Of a stretch of 64,000 nucleotides of DNA, positions 40,717 through 50,539 are shown piece by piece (position 1 is the first letter of the stretch; each line of letters begins with the position of its first letter). Made by a program: the position numbers and the translations under genes. The notes beneath the pieces were generated by a model. That model ran no database searches. It saw only the letters and a program-made list of their open reading frames with translations, and was not told where the DNA came from. Where the stretch lies: positions 224,001 through 288,000 of the forward strand of contig CAXXFV010000003.1 in NCBI GenBank assembly GCA_963674595.2. Reading direction: 5' to 3'. This stretch comes from a bacterium (lineage in GTDB: Bacteria; Zhuqueibacterota; Zhuqueibacteria; Residuimicrobiales; Krinioviventaceae).

Positions 40717-41304
40717 TTATTTTAATGCTTCAACCCAGTAGAGATTGGGTTTTTCAATAATCTGAAGAGGTGTAAACATTGATGAATATTGTTTCATGAA
40801 CAAATCTGCCTGCTGCATCATGTCATGACAAACCACGCCGTTTAAACCGGAATGAAGTTTATTTAATTTCCGGCTGCAACTGGTATGTAAAATAAGTACT
40901 TTGCCGCCCGGTTTCAGAATGGAATAAATTTGTTCCATTACCTTTTGTGGATTTAAAATATGTGGGAAAACAGAATAACAAATCACTTTGTCAAAATAAT
41001 TTTTTGTAAACGACAAAGCGCTCATATCTGCGCACACAAAATCCACATTAGGGCTTTTATACCGCTTTTTGCCGATAAAAAGCATTTTTTCAGCAAAATC
41101 TGAAGAGACCACTCTTCCCGACTGACCGACCATAGGAATTAAGTAACGCACCAGTTTACCAGTCCCTGATCCCAGGTCCAACACCCGGTCACCGGGTTTC
41201 ACACCAAAATCTGCAAGCAAATCAGGTAGACATTTTTTATCCTCTGCTATATTGTCCCATTTTTCTGAAATACTGTTAAAATAGTCACGATGTTCAAGAG
41301 ACAT
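40717..41304 (-). CDS. Class I SAM-dependent methyltransferase
   Basis: VLDLGSGTG, DFAEKM, VFPH, LKPGG. Confidence 0.88.
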   Translation of the reverse strand: MSLEHRDYFNSISEKWDNIAEDKKCLPDLLADFGVKPGDRVLDLGSGTGKLVRYLIPMVGQSGRVVSSDFAEKMLFIGKKRYKSPNVDFVCADMSALSFTKNYFDKVICYSVFPHILNPQKVMEQIYSILKPGGKVLILHTSCSRKLNKLHSGLNGVVCHDMMQQADLFMKQYSSMFTPLQIIEKPNLYWVEALK

Positions 41305-41306
41305 TT

Positions 41307-41795
41307 TTATATCCTTTTTTTAATAAATGGAATGATTATCAGCATGACAAGAATGCCGGGGATTCCTTTAACAACGGATGCAATGGAAAAAAGTTTTGGT
41401 GGTAAACCTAATAACGGAGCCAGTAGAAAAACACCTACTAATAGAGTAAACCGTGAAAACAACAAACCCATAAAAAGAGCCCAGAAAACAGACCAGTTTT
41501 TTTTGTTATAAAAAAAAGATGAAATGCCGGCCAAAACAGTCAGTTCTGCCATCATAATCTGTAATATCGGTGGTGAAATCGGCGGCATGCCGGAAATAAC
41601 AAACGACAAAAGGGGCGTTATCGCCCCTACAAAAATAGCATAGGAAATTGGTAAAAAGAAAGCAGCCGCCGCAACAGGCCAAAACATGGGTAAAAAAACA
41701 CTCCCCATTCCGATGGAATGAAATAAAATCGGAATGACCAATCCAAGAGAGATAAACATAGCGCTTAACGTAAGTTTTTTGGCTGACAACTGCAT
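41307..41795 (-). CDS. ECF transporter S component
   Basis: 5-6 TM helices, 162 aa; LPMFWPV, GAITPLLS...GMP, M.AEL, GIPG. Confidence 0.8.
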   Translation of the reverse strand: MQLSAKKLTLSAMFISLGLVIPILFHSIGMGSVFLPMFWPVAAAAFFLPISYAIFVGAITPLLSFVISGMPPISPPILQIMMAELTVLAGISSFFYNKKNWSVFWALFMGLLFSRFTLLVGVFLLAPLLGLPPKLFSIASVVKGIPGILVMLIIIPFIKKRI

Positions 41796-41808
41796 CTAGT
41801 TTTTCCTG

Positions 41809-43641
41809 TTAAAAATTATAGATTAATTCCATTGTTGAATATCTGCCCGGCATGGGACAGTCCCACATTGTCTGGTACTCTTTATCCAGGGCGTTTTTAA
41901 CGCTGAATTTTAAACCCACGCCATGTGTTAAATTAAATGATGTAAAAATATTCAACAAAGAATAATTTGACATTGGATTTTGATGATTGTTATCACCATA
42001 CAGATCACGCACATAAATAAAATTAAAACCTGATCTGGCAAATAACCAATCGTAAGCAACGTATGTTGTTAATTTTTTACCGGGACTGTTTAGTGTTTCA
42101 TCCTGCAAATCAAGTTTTGACCAGGACGCGGAAAGGATCAGCTTTTCCACAGGATAACAATTTACACTGACTTCATAACCTGTATGATCAAATTCACCGG
42201 TGTTTACAAATTGCATTGGCGGTCCTTGCATTTGGATGAGGTTTGAACCTTTTGAGCGAAACAGGGCTGTTTCAATATTCAACCAATGATAAAGTTGTTT
42301 ACTCAAGCCGATCTCATAATTCCACATTCGTTCCGGTTCCAGTTCTTCATTTCTTGGAGGCATGACGTACAGTTCCCGAATAGAAGGGCTTCGAAATCCT
42401 TTAGCAGCAGATAAACGAACAGATGTACTATTGTTTATATGGTAAACCAACCCGGCTTTCGGTAATATTTCCGATCCATACAGTTCATGTTTTTCAAAAC
42501 GAACTCCTCCGGACAAAATAAACCGCTCATAAAAAAGCTGCTGCGTATGGATGTAAGGTGCGTATTCAACTACATTTTTCTCTGTATAATCAAGATAGGG
42601 ACTTTTGGTTACGGAATCTTCAGCATCACCCCCGTATTGTTTTATATCAAACCCGATTGTAGTACCGTTCCCTTTAAATAGTTTCATATTCTGGTAAAAC
42701 ATAACGCCGATGGTATGGTCCTTTGAACGCCAGCCGTCGTAAATTTTATGATCACCAAAATTACCATGCATTTTTAAATAAGAGTCACCCAATTTGCCGC
42801 TATGAGAGATCGTTACATCAGCGCCGGACCGTTGTAAATCATACCAATGATCTACATAAGGTGTTGTCTCTGTGCCTGGGTCCAAAAGATATAAATCTGT
42901 TAGATTGGCATTAAACTCAATCTGGGTAGCCGGATTAAGGTTGAGTCCGAAATGCGCCGTATAAAAATCACCTTCATAGTCTGATTCTTCACGATGCCCG
43001 TCGGTTTCATTACGTCCTGCCGTAACATGGTATTCAAAAATGCCACTTTTTCCACCATGGGCAACTCTGTAATTCCTGGTGTCAAAACTTCCCATACCGG
43101 CGGAAACCTGGGTGTTAAAGCCGTCTTCAGTTGATCTTTTAGAGACAATGTTAATAACGCCGCCCATGGCATTGGTGCCGTATAAAAATGAAGCCGGGCC
43201 ACGAACAACTTCAATACGTTCCACTCCATCCAGGGAATAGGCATCAGGAATCGGATGTCCCATCATTCCCATAATATCCGGGCGTCCGTCGCGCAATACC
43301 AGCACACCTGTAACCGGTGAACCACCAATACCACGAATGGAAATACCTCCCGCAGCACCTGACGAAACACCATATCCCATAACAGCACGCTCAGAGATAA
43401 AAACACCCGGAACGTTTTGAGTGACAAGATCAAATACAGAATTTGCTACCGAATTTTCTATTAGTTTTTCATCGATTACAGAAACACTCGCCGCAATGTC
43501 TTTTTGTACACCGGCAATTTTTGTTGCCGTAACAACGACCGGATTAAAACGATATTTTACGGAATCCTGGCTTTCAGTGCGGGCATAAAGCAAACCAACA
43601 CTAAAAACCAAAATAAAAGCACACAAACTCAATTTTTTCAT
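41809..43641 (-). CDS. TonB-dependent receptor (NikR operon)
   Basis: TonB box VVVTAT; plug ERIEVVRGPASFLYG.NAMGGVINI; C-terminal PGR...YNF; no N-terminal STN extension. Confidence 0.92.
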   Translation of the reverse strand: MKKLSLCAFILVFSVGLLYARTESQDSVKYRFNPVVVTATKIAGVQKDIAASVSVIDEKLIENSVANSVFDLVTQNVPGVFISERAVMGYGVSSGAAGGISIRGIGGSPVTGVLVLRDGRPDIMGMMGHPIPDAYSLDGVERIEVVRGPASFLYGTNAMGGVINIVSKRSTEDGFNTQVSAGMGSFDTRNYRVAHGGKSGIFEYHVTAGRNETDGHREESDYEGDFYTAHFGLNLNPATQIEFNANLTDLYLLDPGTETTPYVDHWYDLQRSGADVTISHSGKLGDSYLKMHGNFGDHKIYDGWRSKDHTIGVMFYQNMKLFKGNGTTIGFDIKQYGGDAEDSVTKSPYLDYTEKNVVEYAPYIHTQQLFYERFILSGGVRFEKHELYGSEILPKAGLVYHINNSTSVRLSAAKGFRSPSIRELYVMPPRNEELEPERMWNYEIGLSKQLYHWLNIETALFRSKGSNLIQMQGPPMQFVNTGEFDHTGYEVSVNCYPVEKLILSASWSKLDLQDETLNSPGKKLTTYVAYDWLFARSGFNFIYVRDLYGDNNHQNPMSNYSLLNIFTSFNLTHGVGLKFSVKNALDKEYQTMWDCPMPGRYSTMELIYNF

Positions 43642-43661
43642 TCTAAAACTCCCACACGTAA

Positions 43662-44081
43662 CTATTTTAAATTTTTACCTGATAATGTTGTAACCAGTTT
43701 TCCATGCCGAACACCTTTCTGACCAATAAGTTCATCAGCAATATGACGAACATCCTTGGCTTTGCCGCGGACCGCTAAAACTTCCAGACAATTATCATGG
43801 TCCAAATGAATATGCATGGTCGACAAAATTTGGTGATGGTGTACGTGCTGCAAACTGGTCAATTTTTCTGAAGACTCGTGTTCATGGTGATTATAAATCA
43901 GCGTAACTGTACCAACAATTTCAGCTTCATCTTTTTCACACTCACTTTGTATCAAAGCCGCCCTTATTAAATCACGAATGGCCTCAGAACGATTTTGATA
44001 CTTTTTATCACGAATTAAATTATCAAATTCTTTTAACAAATTATCGTCAAGAGACATTCCAAATCGGGTTAAATTTCCCAT
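43662..44081 (-). CDS. nikR: Nickel-responsive regulator NikR
   Basis: RFGMSL...[14 protein letters not shown] domain; [11 protein letters not shown] Ni site. Confidence 0.95.
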   Translation of the reverse strand: MGNLTRFGMSLDDNLLKEFDNLIRDKKYQNRSEAIRDLIRAALIQSECEKDEAEIVGTVTLIYNHHEHESSEKLTSLQHVHHHQILSTMHIHLDHDNCLEVLAVRGKAKDVRHIADELIGQKGVRHGKLVTTLSGKNLK

Positions 44082-44090
44082 TTGTCCTCC

Positions 44091-44138
44091 TGGTGTTACC
44101 TTTTTTAAAAAAGTAACACCAAAAAACTAGAAAATCAA
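44091..44138 (-). promoter_or_regulatory. NikR operator overlapping a sigma70 promoter
   Basis: TGGTGTTAC-N13-GTAACACCA inverted repeat (44091-44121); minus-strand TTGATT-17-TACTTT. Confidence 0.8.
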
Positions 44139-44166
44139 GTCCTTTTTATATTTTTATGAAAAAAAT

Positions 44167-45453
44167 TCAGATAAAAAGAAGGCTGGCAAAAGTTACAGTA
44201 GAATTTTGTTGGTCCATAACAGCAGACCCATAATCGAGAAAATATCCCCGGTTTGCCTGGATGAGTTCCAGTAAAACGGTTAATGCCGAATAGCCGCAAA
44301 CACGAAAAGTATTATTGTTTTGGTGAAATAATTTTTGCATTCCGTTCTGGTCCAGTCGACACAAATGCCGGATTATTTCCTGGTCGTTTTTTTCCACCCT
44401 GGCCAAAAAATCAGCATCAGGTGCTTCGGAATCACCATAGCTCGGGCCGATGTGTGAAAAATCAACACTGGCAACAAAACATATCGAGCCATTAAAAGAG
44501 GCCAGAGTTTTTTTCAAAATTTTGAGAAAATTTTGAAAATTTAATCCGGCGTCGTTTGCATGACCATTAAAAATTCCATGAGAAAAAGAGGTTAAAATTG
44601 GCAGAATTGAAAATTCTTTAGAAATATGGTGTTTTAAAAATATGGTTTGAAATTCAATACTGTGTTCATCCCGATGCGCAAGTTCATCTTCAAGATAACA
44701 TTCGCCGCCGTTTTTGACAAACTCGCTGATCAGGTTTTTATTAACAGGCACTGTTCCCAACGGTGTGTAAAAATCATGCCGGGTTATGGAAAACATATTT
44801 TGTAATCCCTGGTGCCCTATTCCCAAAATCACATACAAATCTGCCTGTTGAATATGGGGAAAAACTTTATAGGCGGAAGCATAGGTCTTTGCGCCTAACC
44901 GGAGATCAATATGCGGCACCACAAGTCCGGACACATGCTTTTTCCTGATCTTATCCAGTATTTCAGAATCGATTGAAGCTGCTTTGTGCCATGACTGTAT
45001 ATCACGGTCTAAATCTTTCTGATCACTGGAATAACTGCTCCCGGCACAAACCGGGTATCGAAAGGGTTGATTTCGGTATTTGGTAATTATCGATTTCAGC
45101 TTGTTTTGAAACCTGGTATTATCAATATAAAATTCTTCATCAAGCTTGCTTATCATATCCATTAAACGGTCTCTGGTCAGCGCAGCACCAAACTTTGTTT
45201 CATATTCCGATTGTATGGAAGCAAAAGAAGTTGAACCATTGAAAAATCGCAACAGGTAAAACAGGTCCTGTGGAAGATAAATATTTCTCTCAGAAACACT
45301 TTGCGTGTCACGCAGGGCAATATATAAATTACCATTATCATCCTGCACAGGATAAGGTTCTATTGTGGTTCTTATTTTGGGTGCAAAGTTTTTCGAAACC
45401 GTGTTAAGGTTTTCATGATATGAATTGTGTTCTTTATCCAAAAAATCATCCAT
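44167..45453 (-). CDS. AmmeMemoRadiSam protein B (Memo-like) with N-terminal extension
   Basis: R.PVCAGSSY, VPHID, GIGH, TPLG, EHSIEFQ, SVDFSHIG, VCG. Confidence 0.85.
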   Translation of the reverse strand: MDDFLDKEHNSYHENLNTVSKNFAPKIRTTIEPYPVQDDNGNLYIALRDTQSVSERNIYLPQDLFYLLRFFNGSTSFASIQSEYETKFGAALTRDRLMDMISKLDEEFYIDNTRFQNKLKSIITKYRNQPFRYPVCAGSSYSSDQKDLDRDIQSWHKAASIDSEILDKIRKKHVSGLVVPHIDLRLGAKTYASAYKVFPHIQQADLYVILGIGHQGLQNMFSITRHDFYTPLGTVPVNKNLISEFVKNGGECYLEDELAHRDEHSIEFQTIFLKHHISKEFSILPILTSFSHGIFNGHANDAGLNFQNFLKILKKTLASFNGSICFVASVDFSHIGPSYGDSEAPDADFLARVEKNDQEIIRHLCRLDQNGMQKLFHQNNNTFRVCGYSALTVLLELIQANRGYFLDYGSAVMDQQNSTVTFASLLFI

Positions 45454-46673
45454 TAGTAAAGTAAATATTTCTGTCGCATTTGTTTAAATTTTTCCACATC
45501 GCGGTCACTTGTTTCCAATACAGTTGATATAGACTTGCCATCTTTTATCGCTTTTACCAAATCATCATTTCCGGCCAGGAGATTAAACCACCGTTCATCA
45601 AACCTGAATTCGTCAGGAAACAAGGAATATAACACATATATTAATGAAATGCCAAACCGAACAGATAAAAATTGTTCCGCATTTGTTACTTGCAGCATTA
45701 ATCCATAACAGCGTTGATCTAAATATTTTGGATTCGAACTCATCCCGGGAATGGATTTTGGTACGAATGAGGTTGTATCAAACGCTATTCCTTTATTTTT
45801 GATCTTTAGCATCTCATTTTTTAAAATGGAGGCATCTATCCACGGTGCACCGATTTTAACAAACGGCTGTCTTGTTCCCCTCCCCTCAGAGACATTAGTC
45901 CCTTCCAGAAAAGCCATTCCGGGATATACCAGCGCTGAAGAAAACTGTGGAATATTTGGAGAAGGCGCTGTCCACTCTGTTTGCCAATCGGGCCAAAAAT
46001 GCTTTCGCTGCCAACCGTTTATTTTAATAACCTGCAAATCGACTTGGCCAGTTTTCAGCCATCCTTCGTTATTAAACATGGTTGCCAGTTCTCCAACCGT
46101 CATACCATGACGGACAGGAATGGCGTGCATCCCGACAAAGGATTTAAATTGCGGTATCAACATCGGACCTTCAACAATAATACCGCCCAAAGGATTTGGA
46201 CGGTCCAGAACCACAAAAGGAATATTCTGTTCAGCAGCAGCCTCCATCGCAAGCGACATGGTGCTGATATAGGTATAAAATCTGGCTCCAATGTCCTGAA
46301 TATCAAAAACCAGGACGTCAATATTTCGCAACATATCAGGCAATGGCTTTTTAGTACTACCATACAAACTAAAGATTGGTATACCTTTTTCGGTCAAATC
46401 GGAATTGAAAATAGTATCACCATTTTCTTTTGTCCCCTCTAGTCCATGTTCCGGTGAAAATAATGCGGCAAGATTTATTGTTGTTGATTCCAGGAAAACG
46501 TCAATTATATGGCGCGAGTCTGTAGTGATTGCCGTATGATTTGTAATTAAACCAACATTTTTACCTTTTAAAGCTGAAAAATCTTGTTTCACAAGTTTAT
46601 CCAATCCTGTTTCCAGCGGATAAACGATTCGGCAAAAAAGCAGTAGATAAAAAAGAATAAAAAAACGACTCAT
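45453..46673 (-). CDS. namZ: Exo-beta-N-acetylmuramidase NamZ (DUF1343)
   Basis: GLITNHT, SPEHG, SLYG, FDIQDIGARFYTY, LDRPNP, PSPN, SEGRGT. Confidence 0.9.
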   Translation of the reverse strand: MSRFFILFYLLLFCRIVYPLETGLDKLVKQDFSALKGKNVGLITNHTAITTDSRHIIDVFLESTTINLAALFSPEHGLEGTKENGDTIFNSDLTEKGIPIFSLYGSTKKPLPDMLRNIDVLVFDIQDIGARFYTYISTMSLAMEAAAEQNIPFVVLDRPNPLGGIIVEGPMLIPQFKSFVGMHAIPVRHGMTVGELATMFNNEGWLKTGQVDLQVIKINGWQRKHFWPDWQTEWTAPSPNIPQFSSALVYPGMAFLEGTNVSEGRGTRQPFVKIGAPWIDASILKNEMLKIKNKGIAFDTTSFVPKSIPGMSSNPKYLDQRCYGLMLQVTNAEQFLSVRFGISLIYVLYSLFPDEFRFDERWFNLLAGNDDLVKAIKDGKSISTVLETSDRDVEKFKQMRQKYLLY

Positions 46674-46685
46674 TATTATGACAAT

Positions 46686-48683
46686 CTAATCGGCTTCCAG
46701 ATTTTGCCGGCGTGGTTCTAGCGATGCAATTTTGGGAATGGAAATGATTTCGCCAGGCTGTAACTTGTCGAGGTCTTTATCTTTATTAGTATGATATAAT
46801 AACCAACAGGGAATATTAAATTTTTGATAACATAATTTCCAAACATTGTCCCCGTTTTTAATATTATATTTTTGATAGCCTAAAAACTTGTAACTATTAA
46901 AAAACCTCGTTTGAATTGTTTTGTGATATTCAATCCGGCGCTCATGGAACTTTTGACTCTCCACGTTATCAAATGTCAGCTTTAACCGTTGTCCGACACG
47001 AATATTTTGATTCAGATGCAAATGATTTAACTGACGAAGTGTTTGTGCAGAAACATCCAGCCACTCGGCAAAATGCCCCAATGTTTCATCAGGTTCTACG
47101 ATAATCCTGTCATTATCAGGAGGCGCAAAATCCAAATTAAAATTCCATACCAGGGAATCAACAGCGTTTCTTAGATAACTGGTATCTGTAATAGCAACAA
47201 CAGGCAGTGTTTGTTTGGACCTTCCTGCCTCCGATGGCAAAATATTGCGCTGGGCTACTTGTACATCAGGCTGGTTTGCCTCTTCATTTTGTGATTTTTG
47301 TTGCTTATTATCAGCAAGGTTTGATTTTTGGGGATTATTGTGTTGATTTGGGATTTCCAAAACCTGGCCGATTTTAATCAAATCAGGATCAGTAATATCA
47401 TTATACACCAAAAGTTCATCTATTGTCGTCCCGCTTCGCTTTGCGATTGATGCCAAATTATCACCGGGTTGAATGCTGTATACATCACCAGCAATCTGTT
47501 TCTTACTTTTTGTGGTTTTACCGAGTTGAGCATACAAGGCAGCCGGGTCAAACTGGTCTACGATTGGGAGATTCATCGTATATCCCTTGGGTATACAACG
47601 TCTGGAGGCTCTGATGCGAGAGCGAAAACCGGGGTTATACTCTATTAAAACATTTTTGTCGATACCGAAACAATTGGCCAACGTGCTCAAATAAACATAA
47701 TCCGGTATAACAAAACGCTGAATTTCAATGGGAGGATCAAACGTTAATTCCCCGAAAAGTTCTTTATAATTTTGGGCAACCTGTGTAGCAGCGATAAATT
47801 CAGCATAAAAATTCCGTGATGCAAAACCAAAAGAACGGCTTTTATACTCGTCGTAAATCACACCAAAATCGCTTGTGTTCAATTGCGCCTGGGCACGTTT
47901 CATTCCAGCCAATCCATGATTATAGGCTGTAATCGCCAAGGGCCAGGAGCCTAATTCTTCATAGTTTTTTTTCAATAATCTGGCAGCAGCATCTGTAGAA
48001 TGAAACGGATCACTTCGTTCGTCAATAATGCTGTTAACCTTCATAAAAAGGCGGCCGGTCCCTCTGGTAAATTGCCATAATCCGGAAGCCCCCATTTTGG
48101 AATAAGCTGTGTGGTTAAAAGAAGACTCTACATGTGGCAAATAACCTAATTCAACAGGTAAATTATATTTCTCAAAAATCTTTTCAATTTCGTGCATATA
48201 ACGACCTGAACGAATAATACCTTCCTTGAAACGATTTTTTAGTCCTTTCTGGCCCCTGATATTTTCCATGGCGATGTTATATTTTTTAGGTTTGTCAATT
48301 CCCTGCCATAGATAAAAAACAAATCGTTCTTTATCAGTTAAACTCTTGGGATCCACCAAACTATTATATTTTGAGAGTTTTTTAAGGATATCACAATACT
48401 CTTTTTTTACATCTTCAACTTTTTCCCATTTTTTATGAAAGCTGATATTATTATCAGAGTAATTGTCCAAAGTGATGACATCATATATTATATCCAGGTT
48501 TTCACTATCATGAATAACAACCTGACTGTCTGCATAAAAACTGAATATTTTTACCCAAAAATCGATATTTTTTTCAATTCGCCGGGGAATTTCAAAAACA
48601 TTCTCTTGTGTAAAACCAGCTTGAATCATAAAAAGAATGAATAATGCAGAAAAAATATAAATTCGTCGTAATCCCTTTGTCAT
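46686..48683 (-). CDS. MltD-like lytic transglycosylase with LysM domains
   Basis: PHVESSF, GASGLWQF, LAITAYNHG; LysM repeats. Confidence 0.9.
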   Translation of the reverse strand: MTKGLRRIYIFSALFILFMIQAGFTQENVFEIPRRIEKNIDFWVKIFSFYADSQVVIHDSENLDIIYDVITLDNYSDNNISFHKKWEKVEDVKKEYCDILKKLSKYNSLVDPKSLTDKERFVFYLWQGIDKPKKYNIAMENIRGQKGLKNRFKEGIIRSGRYMHEIEKIFEKYNLPVELGYLPHVESSFNHTAYSKMGASGLWQFTRGTGRLFMKVNSIIDERSDPFHSTDAAARLLKKNYEELGSWPLAITAYNHGLAGMKRAQAQLNTSDFGVIYDEYKSRSFGFASRNFYAEFIAATQVAQNYKELFGELTFDPPIEIQRFVIPDYVYLSTLANCFGIDKNVLIEYNPGFRSRIRASRRCIPKGYTMNLPIVDQFDPAALYAQLGKTTKSKKQIAGDVYSIQPGDNLASIAKRSGTTIDELLVYNDITDPDLIKIGQVLEIPNQHNNPQKSNLADNKQQKSQNEEANQPDVQVAQRNILPSEAGRSKQTLPVVAITDTSYLRNAVDSLVWNFNLDFAPPDNDRIIVEPDETLGHFAEWLDVSAQTLRQLNHLHLNQNIRVGQRLKLTFDNVESQKFHERRIEYHKTIQTRFFNSYKFLGYQKYNIKNGDNVWKLCYQKFNIPCWLLYHTNKDKDLDKLQPGEIISIPKIASLEPRRQNLEAD

Positions 48684-48898
48684 TCCTTAGGCTCTCCCAA
48701 CTCCGCCACAAAATATATGGTTAAAATGTTTACTTTTATTATGGCTCAAATGAAACATACTATGTCCCAAAAGATACATAATCTACCGGTTCATCAACAC
48801 AATAAAGCCAATAATAACAACACCATAAGATTTTCTATAGAGAAATCTTTTCCCCCTTAATGCAAAAATTTTGCCAATTTATAGGTCGTATCTAGGCG

Positions 48899-49372
48899 TT
48901 ATTTATCAGGTCCATCAATATCCAGTTCATCCCAATCTTCAGTGTTCTTCATCAGGAACAACTCGATCAGATTAGGATTTATTCGGACAATATTTAACAC
49001 AACTTTAAGCAATTCATCTTTGGTCATTTTTTCTATTTCACGCAATTTGTTCCCAACATCTACAAAATCGTCTCCGTCATTAACCCATGCATACAATAAG
49101 GAAATACCATGAACGCATAATTTACGGGAGTGACCACAGGAACAATTGCTCATCAACTCTTTATCCTGCAAGGTTACGTCAACATCATAGGATTCAAAAT
49201 AGTTTCCTACCCTTCCGGAAAGCTTGTTGCGAAAAACGGCTGCCCGGCTTACCTGGATGGAATCATAATATGGTAAAGCCTCACCATCTGTAACCTGGGC
49301 ATCAAACGCTTTGACTTGCTCAAAATCAAGTTCTTTTAATTCCGAATAAATATCGTCGTTAAATGTTTTCAT
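48899..49372 (-). CDS. SWIM zinc-finger protein
   Basis: CSC...CVH motif. Confidence 0.75.
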   Translation of the reverse strand: MKTFNDDIYSELKELDFEQVKAFDAQVTDGEALPYYDSIQVSRAAVFRNKLSGRVGNYFESYDVDVTLQDKELMSNCSCGHSRKLCVHGISLLYAWVNDGDDFVDVGNKLREIEKMTKDELLKVVLNIVRINPNLIELFLMKNTEDWDELDIDGPDK

Positions 49373-49400
49373 AATATTTTATATCTTTTTCTATAAAAAA

Positions 49401-50336
49401 CTAGTTTGAATAAAATTTTTCCATTTTAATTTTTCGTTTTTTTATTTCATCCAGCTCTTTTTTTGCCAGTTTTCCAAATTGGCTGTCCGGTTCTTTTTCT
49501 ACGGCCAGTTCCATTTCTTCAATGGCATTTGTATATTCGTTTTTATCTTTTTTATTATAGGTTAATCCCATATAGTAATGAGGTTCGGCACGTTCTGGGA
49601 ACAGAGAGGCTGCATAACCAAATTCTACAATAGCGTCCCACAATGTTTTATTTCTTTTACCGCTTTTATAAAAATTTCTTCCATTAGCAATATGTAACAG
49701 ATATTTCGCCTGTTTATGGTCCGGTTTTTCTTCAAGGGCTTTGGTAAAAATGTCAATCGCTTTTTTAAACTGTTTTTTATCCAGGGCCTTTTGCCCGGCT
49801 ATTATTTCATTTTCGGCCAACTCCTGACGCTTAACAATATTGTCTAATTTTTTCATTAGATTGGTTGAATCAGGTGACAATTCCAGGGCTCTGTTATACT
49901 TAATAACAGCCAAGTCATGCTTTCCCCGATTAAATAAAGCATCACCTGTTTTTTCGATAATTTTATAATTCAGACTATCATAGGCCAGGGCTTCTTGGTA
50001 TTGCTTTTGTGCCTCAACATATTGTTTATTCTTTTGTAATTGATCACCCAACTGGCTCAAAAGATTTGTGATGTTGTTTAAAACATACTTTTCCTGAGGT
50101 TTTAAGACATTTGCTTTTTTAAAGGCAAAAACAGCACTATCCGTTTTTTCGATTTTTTTATAAGCTTTTCCCAAAAGCACAAAAGCCTCAAAGTCAGTAG
50201 AATCTTTTTCTACGGCAGCCCGGCAAAGCGATATAGTACTATTGAAATTATTTTCATCAAATTGTTTCTGTGCGTTATTCAAATGTCCACAACTAAATAT
50301 AAACAGTATAAAAAGTATTGTTATAAACCGATTCAT
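49401..50336 (-). CDS. TPR lipoprotein
   Basis: Lipobox FSC; multiple TPR motifs. Confidence 0.82.
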   Translation of the reverse strand: MNRFITILFILFIFSCGHLNNAQKQFDENNFNSTISLCRAAVEKDSTDFEAFVLLGKAYKKIEKTDSAVFAFKKANVLKPQEKYVLNNITNLLSQLGDQLQKNKQYVEAQKQYQEALAYDSLNYKIIEKTGDALFNRGKHDLAVIKYNRALELSPDSTNLMKKLDNIVKRQELAENEIIAGQKALDKKQFKKAIDIFTKALEEKPDHKQAKYLLHIANGRNFYKSGKRNKTLWDAIVEFGYAASLFPERAEPHYYMGLTYNKKDKNEYTNAIEEMELAVEKEPDSQFGKLAKKELDEIKKRKIKMEKFYSN

Positions 50337-50539
50337 TATTTTCCTTCATTTTAATTCAGATTTACGCGAAAATTAATATAAAACAAAAACAAGTAAGAAG
50401 CAATTACTAATCAGTCATCAAATGAATCCACAATCATTTTTCGATGGTAATACCAGACAAGGAATGGATGATATGTTTCAATATTTGAAGCCTATTTCTC
50501 TTTTAAACCCGAAATTTTTAATATTAATAATTCTCCCGG

